Shown here: piece by piece, positions 45,707 to 56,731 of the stretch | Numbering within the stretch: the first letter of the stretch is position 1 | Layout of the letters: every line of letters begins with the position of its first letter | Origin: Bacilli bacterium | Lineage (GTDB): Bacteria > Bacillota_I > Bacilli_A > RF39 > UBA660 | Length of the DNA stretch: 64,000 nucleotides | Assembly: GCA_045627525.1 (NCBI GenBank) | Contig: JAZQNW010000001.1 | Location: 120,270-184,269 of the forward strand | Direction: 5' to 3' | The notes under the pieces: model-generated | Database searches by the model: none | What the model was told of the DNA's origin: nothing | What the model saw: only the letters and a program-made list of their open reading frames with translations | Made by a program: the position numbers and the translations under genes

Positions 45707-47014
45707 ATGTCATTACCTACAGTAGCATTAGTTGGAAGACCAAATGTTGGTAAGTCTACCCTATTTAATAAAATAGTTGGCAAAAAAATATCAATAATTG
45801 AAGATATACCAGGGGTAACTAGAGATAGAATTTATCAAGAAGCAAAATATAATAAAAAGAAATTTTATTTAGTTGATACTGGTGGTATTGATATAAGTAA
45901 CGAAACATTTAATAATGAAATAAAAATTCAAGCTGAAGTAGCTATAAAAGAAGCTGACGTTGTAATATTTATTGTCGATGGAAAAGAAGGATTAACAGCT
46001 AACGATCTAATTGTAAGAGATATTCTAAGAAAAAGTAATAAAAAAACTGTTGTAGCAATTAATAAAATAGATGTAAAAGATGCCCAAGATAATCTATATG
46101 ACTTCTATGAACTTGGATTTGACACATATATACCTATAAGTAGTATTCATAATACTGGTTTTGTAGAATTAATGGATATAGTTACAAGTGATTTTAATGA
46201 AAAGGAAGAAATTGAAGATTCACGTTTAAAATTTTCCATTATTGGAAGACCAAATGTCGGTAAAAGTAGTTTGATGAACGCATTATTAAATGAAGAAAGA
46301 GTTGTTGTTTCAAATATTGCAGGAACAACAAGAGATTCAATTGATTCAGTTTTAAAATATCATAATGAAGAATACGTATTAATAGATACTGCCGGTATGA
46401 GAAAAAAAGGCAAAGTATTTGAAAGTGTTGAAAAATACAGTTTATTAAGATCACTAAAAGCAATTGATCGCAGCGATATTTGTTTAGTTGTGATTAATGC
46501 CGAAGAAGGAATAACTGAACATGATAAACACATTGCTGGATACGCTATCGAAAAAGGAAAAGGTCTAATATTTGTAGTAAACAAATGGGATACAGTAAAA
46601 GATCAAACTATTAATGAATTTGAAAAATTAATGCGTGCAGAATTTCAATTCGCAACATATGCACCAATAGTTTATCTATCAGCATTAACTAAAAAAAGAA
46701 TACATACTCTTATGCCAGAAGTAATAAAAGTGGCTGAAAATATAAAACGTGAAGTAAAAACAAGTCTTATAAATGAAGTTATATTAGATGCCTATCAATT
46801 AAATATACCACCTTCATATAAAGGTAAAAGATTAAAAATATACTTTACATCACAAACAGGTACAAAACCTCCTAAATTTACTTTTAGGGTAAACAATAAA
46901 GGATTAGTTCACTTTTCATATGAAAGATATTTAGAAAATAAGATACGAGAAAGTTTTGATTTTACTGGCACTCCTATTGTATTACAATTTAAAAATAGAA
47001 ACGATCAAGATTAA
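45707..47014 (+). CDS. der: GTPase Der/EngA (tandem GTPase domains plus KH-like)
   Basis: Two G domains are present (GRPNVGKST repeated, DTGG, NKxD). A strong RBS ggagggg precedes the start. Confidence 0.95.
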   Translation: MSLPTVALVGRPNVGKSTLFNKIVGKKISIIEDIPGVTRDRIYQEAKYNKKKFYLVDTGGIDISNETFNNEIKIQAEVAIKEADVVIFIVDGKEGLTANDLIVRDILRKSNKKTVVAINKIDVKDAQDNLYDFYELGFDTYIPISSIHNTGFVELMDIVTSDFNEKEEIEDSRLKFSIIGRPNVGKSSLMNALLNEERVVVSNIAGTTRDSIDSVLKYHNEEYVLIDTAGMRKKGKVFESVEKYSLLRSLKAIDRSDICLVVINAEEGITEHDKHIAGYAIEKGKGLIFVVNKWDTVKDQTINEFEKLMRAEFQFATYAPIVYLSALTKKRIHTLMPEVIKVAENIKREVKTSLINEVILDAYQLNIPPSYKGKRLKIYFTSQTGTKPPKFTFRVNNKGLVHFSYERYLENKIRESFDFTGTPIVLQFKNRNDQD

Positions 47015-47025
47015 GAGGTAAATTT

Positions 47026-47316
47026 ATGATAATTGGTAATAATTATACTTCAAATCCACAAAAAAACTTTGAAAATTCACGATTCAATACAAATAATAAT
47101 CGTAAGCAATATCCAAAAGAACAAGCTAAAAATAATTTTTCAAATAATCTTTTAACAAAAGAATTAAATACATATAAATATACAGATCCAAAGAATAAAA
47201 ATCAAATGTATGATAAATCATTAGCAATGCTTCACGAACGATTAGAAAATAAAACAATCACACTAGAAGAATTCAATAAAAAATGTGAAGAGTTAGCTAA
47301 AAGAAGAAATAGTTAG
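47026..47316 (+). CDS. Hypothetical small protein with a SHOCT-like C-terminus
   Basis: The C-terminal LHERLENKTITLEEFNKKCEELAKRR resembles the SHOCT motif. The N-terminal half is Asn/Lys-rich. Confidence 0.3.
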   Translation: MIIGNNYTSNPQKNFENSRFNTNNNRKQYPKEQAKNNFSNNLLTKELNTYKYTDPKNKNQMYDKSLAMLHERLENKTITLEEFNKKCEELAKRRNS

Positions 47317-47361
47317 AACAATAAAAAAACTTCTACATATAATTATGTAGGAGGTTTTTTT

Positions 47362-47601
47362 ATGTTTGGAGATAACTTTTTTAAAAAAGTAGAAAAAAAA
47401 ACCAATATCGATAAAAATACAATCATTGCATTAGCTCAAAAATTACAAAATTCTAATATGAAAGATGAAAAAACTTTACATGAAGTAATAAAAGATATTA
47501 GTAATATGACTGGAAAAGAAATAACAAAAGAAAAAGAAGAAAAAATTATTAACGCGATTTTAAAAGATAATATTCCAAAAAACATTGATAAAATGTTTTA
47601 A
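47362..47601 (+). CDS. Hypothetical small protein (79 aa), possibly a sporulation-associated SpoVIF/DUF2624-like peptide
   Basis: RBS ggaggt precedes the start. It is positioned immediately upstream of spoIVA. The assignment rests on weak recall only. Confidence 0.25.
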   Translation: MFGDNFFKKVEKKTNIDKNTIIALAQKLQNSNMKDEKTLHEVIKDISNMTGKEITKEKEEKIINAILKDNIPKNIDKMF

Positions 47602-47678
47602 ACAAAGCTATGCTTTGTTTTTATTTATCATATTTCAAAAATACATAACATAAATTTTATTGAATAAGGAGATAATAT

Positions 47679-49154
47679 ATGGATAAACAAGAAATTATTA
47701 AAAATATAGCTAAAAGAACCGGAGGAGATATTTATCTTGGTGTAGTTGGTGCTGTTAGAACTGGTAAATCAACTTTTATAAAAAAAATGGTAGAAACATT
47801 AATAGTTCCTAACATTGAAGATGAATATGAAAGAAAACGCGCCTTAGATGAAATACCACAAAGCGCTGCTGGAAAAATAATTATGACAACAGAACCAAAA
47901 TTTGTTCCTAATAATGCAGCAAATATTAAAATTGATGATTTTTCATGTAATATAAGAATGATTGATTGCGTTGGTTATATGATAGATAAAGCTCAAGGTG
48001 CTAGCGATGAAAATGGACCTAGGATGGTAAAAACTCCTTGGTATACAGAAGAAATTCCTTTTGTTGAAGCAGCTGAAATAGGAACAGAAAAAGTAATAAA
48101 AGATCATTCAACAATTGGTATTGTCGTAACAACAGATGGTTCTATTGGTGAATTTGACAGATCAGATTACTTAGAAGCAGAAAACAGAGTAATAGATGAG
48201 TTAAAAAATATTGGTAAACCATTTATAGTAGTTCTAAATTCAACTCATCCAACTTTACCAGAAACTGAAAAGTTGGCTGAAAAATTAAGCTCAGAACACA
48301 ATGTACCAGTACTTCCAATAAGTATTGAATCAATGAGTGAAAAAGATATGTATAACATCTTAAAAGCTGCATTATATGAATTTCCAGTTTTAGAAGTAAA
48401 AATAAATATGCCAGAATGGATTACCATATTAAATCCAGATCATCCAATTAAAAAAAGTTATATTGAATCAATAAAAGAAAGTGTTATAGAAATAGATAAA
48501 TTAAAAGATATAGATAATATAACAAGCCACTTTTTAGAAAATGATAAAATTGAAAAAAGTTATCTATCAGATATTGACCCATCTACAGGAATAATTACCG
48601 TAAATTTAACTGCTCCAAATAATCTTTATAATCAAACATTAAACGACATTATTGAAATAGACATTACTAATAAAGCTGAACTATTAGCACTATTCCAAGA
48701 ATATAACACTACAAAAAAAGAATATAATCAAATAAAATATGCTTTAAAAATGGTAAAACAAACAGGATATGGAGTCGCAACACCATCCATAGAAGATATG
48801 AAACTAAATAAACCAGAAATAATAAAACAAGGTCCTAGATATGGTGTAAAATTAAAAGCAGTAGCACCTTCAATACACATGATAAGAGTTGATGTCGAAT
48901 CAACATTTGAACCAATAATCGGTAGCGAAGTACAAAGTAAAGAACTAATTGACTATCTAATGAAAGATCACGACAAAAATCCAAAAGAAATTTGGAAAAG
49001 CGAAATATTTGGCCGTAGTCTAGATTCAATCGTTCAAGAAGGTATCCAATCAAAAATAAATTTAATGCCAGATAATATTAGATTTAAACTTCAAACAACC
49101 CTATCAAAAGTTGTTAATAAAGGTTCAAACAATATGATAGCTATAGTAATATAA
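47679..49154 (+). CDS. spoIVA: Stage IV sporulation protein A (spore coat basement-layer ATPase)
   Basis: The N-terminus IIKNIAKRTGGDIYLGVVGAVRTGKSTFIKKMVETLIVPNI is nearly identical to B. subtilis SpoIVA (DIFKDIAERTGGDIYLGVVGPVRTGKSTFIKKFMELVVIPNI). The length is 491 aa. RBS aaggag precedes the start. Confidence 0.92.
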   Translation: MDKQEIIKNIAKRTGGDIYLGVVGAVRTGKSTFIKKMVETLIVPNIEDEYERKRALDEIPQSAAGKIIMTTEPKFVPNNAANIKIDDFSCNIRMIDCVGYMIDKAQGASDENGPRMVKTPWYTEEIPFVEAAEIGTEKVIKDHSTIGIVVTTDGSIGEFDRSDYLEAENRVIDELKNIGKPFIVVLNSTHPTLPETEKLAEKLSSEHNVPVLPISIESMSEKDMYNILKAALYEFPVLEVKINMPEWITILNPDHPIKKSYIESIKESVIEIDKLKDIDNITSHFLENDKIEKSYLSDIDPSTGIITVNLTAPNNLYNQTLNDIIEIDITNKAELLALFQEYNTTKKEYNQIKYALKMVKQTGYGVATPSIEDMKLNKPEIIKQGPRYGVKLKAVAPSIHMIRVDVESTFEPIIGSEVQSKELIDYLMKDHDKNPKEIWKSEIFGRSLDSIVQEGIQSKINLMPDNIRFKLQTTLSKVVNKGSNNMIAIVI

Positions 49155-49179
49155 AAACGATAAAATCGTTTTTATTTTT

Positions 49180-49629
49180 TTATAAATTAATAGCTTTTGA
49201 CAAAACATTTCTAAGCTCTAATCCATATATAAATCTACCAAAGTCAACAACATCATTTATATTTAATATATCATCAACCAAACAATAATATTTATCATTA
49301 AAAAATTTAATATTCTTTAAATTCTTAAGTATAAAAAAATTATCAGTTTCAAAATAAATTTTTTCATCATATAAAACTATAATTCTTAAATCTAATGTGT
49401 CAGAATAATCTAAATCATCCAATTTTATAATATCCAAAAATGTACCTAATTTTTCATTTAAATATACTTTAACTTTATAAAATTGTTTTAAATTAAGTTT
49501 ATTCTTAAGTTGATTAATAATTTTTTTAATCTCTTCTACTATTTTTTTCTTATCGTAATTACTAAAATTAAAATATAAATTGCTCATATATATATAATAA
49601 TTATTATATATATCCTTCTCTATTTTCAT
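49180..49629 (-). CDS. Hypothetical 149-aa protein
   Basis: ORF only. Confidence 0.3.
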   Translation of the reverse strand: MKIEKDIYNNYYIYMSNLYFNFSNYDKKKIVEEIKKIINQLKNKLNLKQFYKVKVYLNEKLGTFLDIIKLDDLDYSDTLDLRIIVLYDEKIYFETDNFFILKNLKNIKFFNDKYYCLVDDILNINDVVDFGRFIYGLELRNVLSKAINL

Positions 49630-49680
49630 ATATTCACCTAATAATAATATATGAAAAAAACCTAGATTAGCATCTAAGTT

Positions 49681-50277
49681 TTAATTATTTTCTTCTAAAA
49701 TTGTTTGTTCTATTTTTCTTAAAACATCTTTAACCCCTAGTTTAGTAAGACTAGAAAAAACTATTAAATCATCTCCTACTACTAAATCTAAAGAATCTAA
49801 AATCATTTTCAAATTTTTTTCTTTTTTACTACCACCTATTTTATCAGCTTTAGTAGCAATTATAGTTACTGGCAAATTATAATATTTTAAAAAATTATAC
49901 ATCAACAAATCATCTTCAGTTGGTTTCATTCTAAAATCTATTAATAAAAAGACTCTTTTTAAGTTATCTCTTTTTTCAAGATATTCCTCAATCATCATTC
50001 CAAACTTAGCTTGTGTTTTCTTATCTGTTGCTGCATAACCATAACCAGGTACATCAATCAAATAAAACATATCATTAACACCATAAAAATTTAAAGTTTG
50101 TGTTTTACCAGGTCTAGAAGAAGTATGAGCTAAATTTTTACGAGATAAAATTGAATTGATAAAACTACTTTTTCCAACATTACTACGGCCAACTAATAAA
50201 AACTCTGGTCTATTATCTTCTGGATATTGGCTTCTCCTCGTTGCAATAATATCTAAATTTGCTTCCTTAATTACCAT
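49681..50277 (-). CDS. engB: Ribosome-biogenesis GTPase EngB/YsxC
   Basis: GRSNVGKSS, DVPGYG, TKADK motifs. Confidence 0.9.
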   Translation of the reverse strand: MVIKEANLDIIATRRSQYPEDNRPEFLLVGRSNVGKSSFINSILSRKNLAHTSSRPGKTQTLNFYGVNDMFYLIDVPGYGYAATDKKTQAKFGMMIEEYLEKRDNLKRVFLLIDFRMKPTEDDLLMYNFLKYYNLPVTIIATKADKIGGSKKEKNLKMILDSLDLVVGDDLIVFSSLTKLGVKDVLRKIEQTILEENN

Positions 50278-51232
50278 AATTTTCCTCCTCTAAACTCCTT
50301 TTATATTCACCTAAAAATTTATCTAAATCTGAAATTAAATTCATAGCTTCAGCAAAAGTTTTTAACTTAGCACCTGATGCTTGTTCATGACCTCCACCAT
50401 TATAAGCTTCTGCTATTTGATTAATCTTTGGACCTCTAGATCTTATAGAAACTCTTATTTGATCATTTTTTATATCTTCAGTAACCGTAGCCCAAACTAA
50501 TACTTCATCAATAAAATTAAAATTATTTACCATATTTCCGGCAGAAGCACTATCTACTTCAAATTGATTAAGAACATCATTAGTTATCTTAATAAAACCT
50601 AAGTTATTTTTTGTAACTATCATATTAGAAGCAATATAACCCTCTAATCTAACTTCATTTAATGGTCTCACATATAACCTTTGATAAAGTGAAGCAATTT
50701 CTAATTTATATTTTCTCAAATAATCTGAAACAAGCATAAATGTATCAGCAGTACAGCTATTAAATAAAAATCTGTTTGAATCACTTACTAATCCCATAAA
50801 AAGCTTCTCAGCTATTTCCTTATTACATTTCAATGGAGTCTCTTTTATTATTTTCATAATAATTTCTGATGCAGATGAAGCTTTATCCTCTATTAATTCT
50901 AAATCACAATATTTTTCAATAAAGGGATGATGATCTATCTTTATAGTATAATTATAACCACCAATATCAACCATATCTACTCTTTTTTTGTCAGGAGTAT
51001 CAGTTATTATCAAAAGCGCATTATTAGTTTTTTCATACTTATCAAGCTTACCTAAAAAATTAAACTTTGAACTTCCAGTACCAAAAGAATATACCTTTTT
51101 TTCTGGAAAAGTCAATCTAATAGAATCCCTTAGGGCTATTTGACTAGCCATAGCATCCGGATCAACTCCAATATGACGAGCGATGACAATTGTATCATAC
51201 TCTTTTATTTTATCAAAAATTTTATTATACAT
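50267..51232 (-). CDS. nrnA: DHH/DHHA1 phosphoesterase (NrnA-like nanoRNase/pAp phosphatase)
   Basis: DHH motif (DHHP), DHHA1 GGGH motif; start MYNKIFDKI after AGGAAA. Confidence 0.8.
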   Translation of the reverse strand: MYNKIFDKIKEYDTIVIARHIGVDPDAMASQIALRDSIRLTFPEKKVYSFGTGSSKFNFLGKLDKYEKTNNALLIITDTPDKKRVDMVDIGGYNYTIKIDHHPFIEKYCDLELIEDKASSASEIIMKIIKETPLKCNKEIAEKLFMGLVSDSNRFLFNSCTADTFMLVSDYLRKYKLEIASLYQRLYVRPLNEVRLEGYIASNMIVTKNNLGFIKITNDVLNQFEVDSASAGNMVNNFNFIDEVLVWATVTEDIKNDQIRVSIRSRGPKINQIAEAYNGGGHEQASGAKLKTFAEAMNLISDLDKFLGEYKRSLEEENYGN

Positions 51233-51242
51233 TTCACATTTC

Positions 51243-52424
51243 CTATCTAACAATTAATTGAACAGTATCCCTAGCAATCATTAATTCTTCGTCTGTAGGA
51301 ATAACATAAACCGCTACACTTGAATCATCAGAACTGATTTTTACTGTCTCACCACGACTATTATTTTTATCATCATCAACTCTAACTCCAAGGCAAGCTA
51401 ATCTATCACATATTTCTTTTCTAATGTAAGGATTATTCTCACCAACACCAGCAGTAAATGCAATAACGTCAGCTCCACCTAATAATACGTAATACTGAGC
51501 AATATAATCGACAACTCGTCGTAAATATTTATTTAAAGCTGTTTTTGCTTTTTCATCGTCTTCTTCACATTTAGCTAAAATATCTCTCATATCACTACTA
51601 TATTCACTAAGTCCAAGTAAACCACTTTGTTTATTTAAGTCATCCAAAACTTCACCGGCATTTTTGCCTTCTTGTTCCATCACATAAGTTATTATTGATG
51701 GATCTATATCTCCAGAGCGAGTTCCCATCATAATTCCTGATAATGGAGTAAATCCCATTGTAGTATCAATACAATGACAATCTTTAACTGCACAAATTGA
51801 GCCACCGCTTCCAATATGACAACTAATAAGTTTAAAATGATCTGTACCTAATATATCTTTAACTGAATTAGTAATAAATCTATGACTAGTACCATGAAAA
51901 CCATATTTTCTTACTCCATAATTTTCATACCACTTGTAAGGAACTGGATATAAGAATGTTTCTTTTTTCATGTTTTGATGAAAAGCTGTATCAAACACAC
52001 CTACCATTGGAACGTCAGGTAATACTTCCCTAAATGCATTAATTCCAAGAATATTAGCTGGATTATGTAATGGTGCAAAATCCTTAAATAAATCTAAATC
52101 ACTTACTACTTCATCTGTAATTAAAACTGATTTATTATATTTATCTTTTCCATGAACAAGTCTATGTCCTACACCATTAATTTCATTTAATGATTTAATT
52201 ATATCTAAACTAATTAAACGATCTAGCATAATTTTAACAGCATCAGTATGATTGTTTAATTCAACTTCTTCAGTTATTTTTTCACCATTATACTTTATAG
52301 TATAAAAACTACCATCAATTCCTATTCTCTCAAATACTCCACTAACAATAACACTTTCATCCGTCATATCAAATAAACTAAATTTTAAAGAACTACTTCC
52401 TGTATTTATTGATAATATTTTCAC
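51243..52424 (-). CDS. ackA: Acetate kinase
   Basis: The start is VKILSINTGSSSLKF (AckA N-terminal ATP site). The phosphotransfer histidine (GFHGTSH) and other acetokinase motifs are present. The probable start is GTG with RBS agaggga. The ORF track extends further upstream. Confidence 0.9.
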   Translation of the reverse strand: MKILSINTGSSSLKFSLFDMTDESVIVSGVFERIGIDGSFYTIKYNGEKITEEVELNNHTDAVKIMLDRLISLDIIKSLNEINGVGHRLVHGKDKYNKSVLITDEVVSDLDLFKDFAPLHNPANILGINAFREVLPDVPMVGVFDTAFHQNMKKETFLYPVPYKWYENYGVRKYGFHGTSHRFITNSVKDILGTDHFKLISCHIGSGGSICAVKDCHCIDTTMGFTPLSGIMMGTRSGDIDPSIITYVMEQEGKNAGEVLDDLNKQSGLLGLSEYSSDMRDILAKCEEDDEKAKTALNKYLRRVVDYIAQYYVLLGGADVIAFTAGVGENNPYIRKEICDRLACLGVRVDDDKNNSRGETVKISSDDSSVAVYVIPTDEELMIARDTVQLIVR

Positions 52425-52525
52425 AAAATCCCTCTTTTCTAAATCTATTAACATTATACTACAAAGCGCACAATAAGAAAAGAAAAACAAAAGATAGATC
52501 CTTTAGACCTATCTTTTAAGCTAAA

Positions 52526-52738
52526 CTATTTATTAGTGTAGCTTCCACTTACTTGATTTAAACCATTTTGTACTAAACGTCTTGTAATTTCACCACCAAC
52601 TGAACCATTAGCACGGCTAGTAGCATCAGCGCCTAAATTAACACCAAATTCATTTGCTATTTCATATTTCATTTTATCAATAGCTTGTTTAGCACCTGGA
52701 ACTCTCATTTTCATAGAAGAATTCTTTGTATTATTCAT
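52526..52738 (-). CDS. Alpha/beta-type small acid-soluble spore protein
   Basis: [33 protein letters not shown] is the canonical SASP signature. Confidence 0.95.
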   Translation of the reverse strand: MNNTKNSSMKMRVPGAKQAIDKMKYEIANEFGVNLGADATSRANGSVGGEITRRLVQNGLNQVSGSYTNK

Positions 52739-52807
52739 TATTTCACCTCCTATACACTAGTAGGTTGTGAAATTTTTTACAAATAATACATATTTTTCAT
52801 TGGTAAT

Positions 52808-53995
52808 TTATAACAAATCACTAAATTCATTTAACATATCATCATTAACTTGAATTGTATTTAAATTTTTAACAGCTTCATCTATCATAGTACTATAATC
52901 AAATTTATTTTCTTCAAAAACCGCTACAGTAAGTTTAGGATTAATTACAGGATGTCTAGGAACAAATACTGTACAGCAATCTTCAAAAGGTAAAACACTT
53001 ATATCGTAAGTATCAATTTTACGAGCTATATCTATTATTTCTAATTTATCTAAGCAAGCAACAGGTCTAATAACCGGAACATTAGTAACTTCATTAATAA
53101 CTGACATACTAGTTAAAGTTTGAGAAGCTACTTGACCAATAGACTCACCATTTATTATTACATATCCATCTCGTTGTTTTACAATTTTTTCCATAATACG
53201 ATACATCATTCTACGCATAATAGTAATACAATAATCTGGACGACAATTTTTATATATTGCTTCTTGTATTGGAGTAAAATTAACAACATGTAAATTAATA
53301 CAATCTGTATAATCAACTAATTTTTTAGTAAGATCTACAACTTTATTTCTAGCCTCTAAACTGGTATGAGGCATTGCTTCAAAATAAACAGCTTCTATCT
53401 TAATACCACGTTTCATTGCTAAATATCCTGCCACTGGTGAATCAATTCCACCAGATAACATAAGCATTCCCTTTGGTTGAGTACCAACAGGATATCCACC
53501 ACTTCCATTATAACTATTCAAATAAATAAAACTTCTTTCTTCTCTCACTTCAACTTGAACTAATATATCAGGATTATGAACATCTACTTTTATATTTTCA
53601 ACATTTTTAAGTATTGTTCCACCCACAATTCTACTAATTTCCACACTATCTTGTGGAAATTCTTTATAACTACGCTTAGTTTCCACTTTAAATGTTGAAA
53701 AAGTTTTATCTTTTAAAATTTGAACAGCAGCGTCTTTTATAGATTCAATATTAGTATCAACAATATTTGCTATATGATACATATGAATACCAAAGATTTT
53801 ATCAATTACTAATTTAATAGATTCTAATTCTTCATCCTTAAATTCAATATACATTCTAGCTCTATCTTTAGTAATCTTAACATCAAAATTTCTTAACTTA
53901 TTTTTAACATTATTATATAACGTATTAATAAAAAAATTACGATTTGCCTTTTTTGTACTAAGTTCACCATATTTAATTAAGATAACTTTATTCAT
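52808..53995 (-). CDS. thiI: tRNA 4-thiouridine synthase ThiI
   Basis: THUMP domain plus PP-loop (LSGGIDSPVA). Confidence 0.9.
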   Translation of the reverse strand: MNKVILIKYGELSTKKANRNFFINTLYNNVKNKLRNFDVKITKDRARMYIEFKDEELESIKLVIDKIFGIHMYHIANIVDTNIESIKDAAVQILKDKTFSTFKVETKRSYKEFPQDSVEISRIVGGTILKNVENIKVDVHNPDILVQVEVREERSFIYLNSYNGSGGYPVGTQPKGMLMLSGGIDSPVAGYLAMKRGIKIEAVYFEAMPHTSLEARNKVVDLTKKLVDYTDCINLHVVNFTPIQEAIYKNCRPDYCITIMRRMMYRIMEKIVKQRDGYVIINGESIGQVASQTLTSMSVINEVTNVPVIRPVACLDKLEIIDIARKIDTYDISVLPFEDCCTVFVPRHPVINPKLTVAVFEENKFDYSTMIDEAVKNLNTIQVNDDMLNEFSDLL

Positions 53996-54067
53996 AAATC
54001 AATCACCACGCATATTTTAGCATAAAAATATAAAATTGTATATAAAAATACAGACATTGTCTGTATT

Positions 54068-55783
54068 TTAAATACCTTCATTATTAAACAACTTAGTAGT
54101 AATATCACTATCAAAAATTTCAATAGACTTTATAGCTATATCCAAAGCTCTTTTATAATCACCCATAAAAAATTTCTTTTTAGCATCACTTAAACCAGCA
54201 TCAACTTCTTTAAAAAATCTATATCTATTACCATATACAATAGCAATTTCAGCACATTGAGCTGTTCTAATCATATTATTAGTAGTATTATACAATTTTA
54301 ATACTAAATCTCTAGCGGTATCTACTCTTGTATTTAAAGTCTTTATAACAATCGGCTTTTTCTCTAATTCTTTTATTACTTCCATAATAGCTTCATTAGC
54401 CTCAGATAATTGAACAAAATAATTATCTGTAATAACAGGCAACTTATAACTACGCATTTGCTTTTTACATTGCTTTAAAAACTTTTGAATTTCATCTAAT
54501 TGCTCACGAGCTCTTATTTCATCATCATACATATTGCCAAGAGACTTTAATGCCTTATCTAAATTATCCTCAGTTGTCTTTAATCTAACAGTTAAATCGT
54601 CAATCTCTTTATGAACAGAAGAATATGGTGAAGACTTAACTTCAACCTTAGACAATAATTTTTTATATTCATCATTAATAACAACTAAATCTTTATTAAC
54701 ATTATGAATTATTTCTACATCTGCATCATTCAAATCATATAAATTTTTTATATCATCTAATTGATTATAAATATCACTAACTAATTTATTAGTCTTTTTT
54801 ATCTTACGAGAAAAGTCTTTTTCTGCCTCTTCATAAACTTTACGAGCTAATCTTTCTTTTTCAAAATCTATAAATAAAGAATCCAAATATTCAAGAATAG
54901 TTTTTAAATCAAACATACACCCTTCAAGATTTAAAACAGAAACTTTAGCCAACGTATTTTCAACATTTTTTTTAATTTCTTCTAAATTATAATCAATATT
55001 TAAATAGTCTAATTGATACCCTCTCTTTACTAATTCATCATAATTAGCTTTTACTTCATTAACCCTTTTTGGAATAAACTGCTTAGCCATTAATAAAATA
55101 TCTGGCACTTCATTAACTATTATTTCAATATGTTCTATCATTGCATCTAAAGCTTTGACAATATGAACTACTTCATTATACTCATTTTGATCCATTGATT
55201 TTTCAAAATCTAAAAAACGTCTTTCAATATTTTCAAACTGTAAAGCAATAGCATCCTGCATATTTTCATATAACTGCCTATGATCTTGAAAATCTTTATT
55301 TAAAACTCTATATTTAGTCTTTAATTTAGTAACAATAGCTCTATATTTTTCTTCACTCAAAGTAATATCCTTTATTTCTTCAAGTAAATGGTCCGCTGCT
55401 TCTCTAACTTTATAAATTTCCATTTCTGTTTTAGCAATATGATATTTACAAGATTTATAATCTCTTTTATCAACATAAATATCAAGATCAATTAACATAT
55501 CATCAACTAAAGTTAATCTATTTTCTCTAATATCAATAAATGTATCGTGCCATTTATTATATTTTTCTTCCATTTTATCATTTTTAATTATTGGTTCAAC
55601 TTTACTTAATTCAACCAAAACAGGAGTAGACGCAACCATATTACGTTCCATTTCTAATGTTTTAATTTTATTTCTATAACTTTTCGTTTCAAAATGTCTA
55701 ATAAGGTAAAGTATAACAGCTACTACCGCTAACGCCAAAGCAATAGATACAATAATCATTAATTGTCCTGACATACTTATCAC
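54068..55783 (-). CDS. ezrA: Septation ring formation regulator EzrA
   Basis: It has an N-terminal TM, roughly 540 aa of coiled coil of EzrA length, and sspA-thiI-ezrA synteny as in Bacillus. Confidence 0.75.
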   Translation of the reverse strand: MISMSGQLMIIVSIALALAVVAVILYLIRHFETKSYRNKIKTLEMERNMVASTPVLVELSKVEPIIKNDKMEEKYNKWHDTFIDIRENRLTLVDDMLIDLDIYVDKRDYKSCKYHIAKTEMEIYKVREAADHLLEEIKDITLSEEKYRAIVTKLKTKYRVLNKDFQDHRQLYENMQDAIALQFENIERRFLDFEKSMDQNEYNEVVHIVKALDAMIEHIEIIVNEVPDILLMAKQFIPKRVNEVKANYDELVKRGYQLDYLNIDYNLEEIKKNVENTLAKVSVLNLEGCMFDLKTILEYLDSLFIDFEKERLARKVYEEAEKDFSRKIKKTNKLVSDIYNQLDDIKNLYDLNDADVEIIHNVNKDLVVINDEYKKLLSKVEVKSSPYSSVHKEIDDLTVRLKTTEDNLDKALKSLGNMYDDEIRAREQLDEIQKFLKQCKKQMRSYKLPVITDNYFVQLSEANEAIMEVIKELEKKPIVIKTLNTRVDTARDLVLKLYNTTNNMIRTAQCAEIAIVYGNRYRFFKEVDAGLSDAKKKFFMGDYKRALDIAIKSIEIFDSDITTKLFNNEGI

Positions 55784-55881
55784 CTCTACTCTATATAGTA
55801 TTATTTTATCACATAAAACCTACAATTTTCTACTATTTTAATAAATTATTAATTATTTTAATCACGCATTATTAAAAATCC

Positions 55882-55910
55882 TTGACATATCAACAAACTT
55901 CCACTATAAT
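55882..55910 (+). promoter_or_regulatory. Sigma-A promoter of rpsD, with a roughly 150-nt leader candidate for S4 autoregulation
   Basis: TTGACA - 17 nt - TATAAT with perfect consensus. The leader 55911-56063 precedes the RBS aaggaga. Confidence 0.6.
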
Positions 55911-56063
55911 TAATAATGCAAATTAACTTGAAACAGCAGATTTGGAATATTTTAAAGTGTTTTCTGTATTAGTAGTAACTATTGCTGTTTATGCGAAAAG
56001 AAGACTCCCTAAAATATGACTAAATCATTTCAGTAATTGCAAATAAAAGAAAGGAGATGCCTT

Positions 56064-56666
56064 ATGTCAAGATATACTGGTCCTAGTTATAAACAAGCTC
56101 GTCGTGTTGGATTTTCAATCAGTGAAACTGGTAAAGAATTAGCTCGTCGTAGCTATGGTCCTGGTCAACATGGTGCTGCTCGTAAGAGTAAACCAACTGA
56201 ATATGCTATTCAATTAAAAGAAAAGCAAAAAGTACGTTTCATGTATGGTTTAAATGAAAGACAATTTCATAAAACTTTCGTTGAAGCTGAAAAAATGAAA
56301 GGTGTACACGGTACTAACTTCTTAAGATTACTTGAATCTCGTTTAGATAACTTAGTATACCGTACTGGTTTTGCTAGTACACGTCGTGGTGCTAGACAAC
56401 TTGTTAACCATGGACATGTAACAGTTAATGGTAAAAAAGTTGATATTCCATCATACAGAGTTAAAGTTGGAGATGTTATTTCATTAAAAGATGACGACAA
56501 AAACTTAAAAGTTGTTGAAGAATCATTATCTAAAGTAACTAAACGTGTTGAATTCATATCATATGATGAAAACAAAAAAGAATGTACTTACGTAAGATTA
56601 CCTGAAAGAAATGAACTTAACGCTGATATTGATGAATCATTAATCGTTGAATTCTATAATAAGTAA
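56064..56666 (+). CDS. rpsD: 30S ribosomal protein S4
   Basis: [19 protein letters not shown]...; the real start is the ATG at 56064 (the ORF track extends upstream). Confidence 0.95.
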   Translation: MSRYTGPSYKQARRVGFSISETGKELARRSYGPGQHGAARKSKPTEYAIQLKEKQKVRFMYGLNERQFHKTFVEAEKMKGVHGTNFLRLLESRLDNLVYRTGFASTRRGARQLVNHGHVTVNGKKVDIPSYRVKVGDVISLKDDDKNLKVVEESLSKVTKRVEFISYDENKKECTYVRLPERNELNADIDESLIVEFYNK

Positions 56667-56667
56667 T

Positions 56668-56698
56668 AAAAAGATGCTAACTAGCATCTTTTTTTGTT
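56668..56698 (+). terminator. Terminator after rpsD
   Basis: Hairpin agatgcta-ac-tagcatct followed by TTTTTTTG. Confidence 0.7.
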
Positions 56699-56731
56699 TT
56701 ATTATCACATTATATAGAATTTAATCATAAA

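Noticed and set aside
46239-46584. Two 74-aa minus-strand ORFs inside der
   Set aside because: Antisense to GTPase Der; spurious
48245-49053. Minus-strand ORFs (60, 72 aa) inside spoIVA
   Set aside because: Antisense to SpoIVA; spurious
56267-56575. 102-aa minus-strand ORF inside rpsD
   Set aside because: Antisense to ribosomal protein S4 gene; spurious
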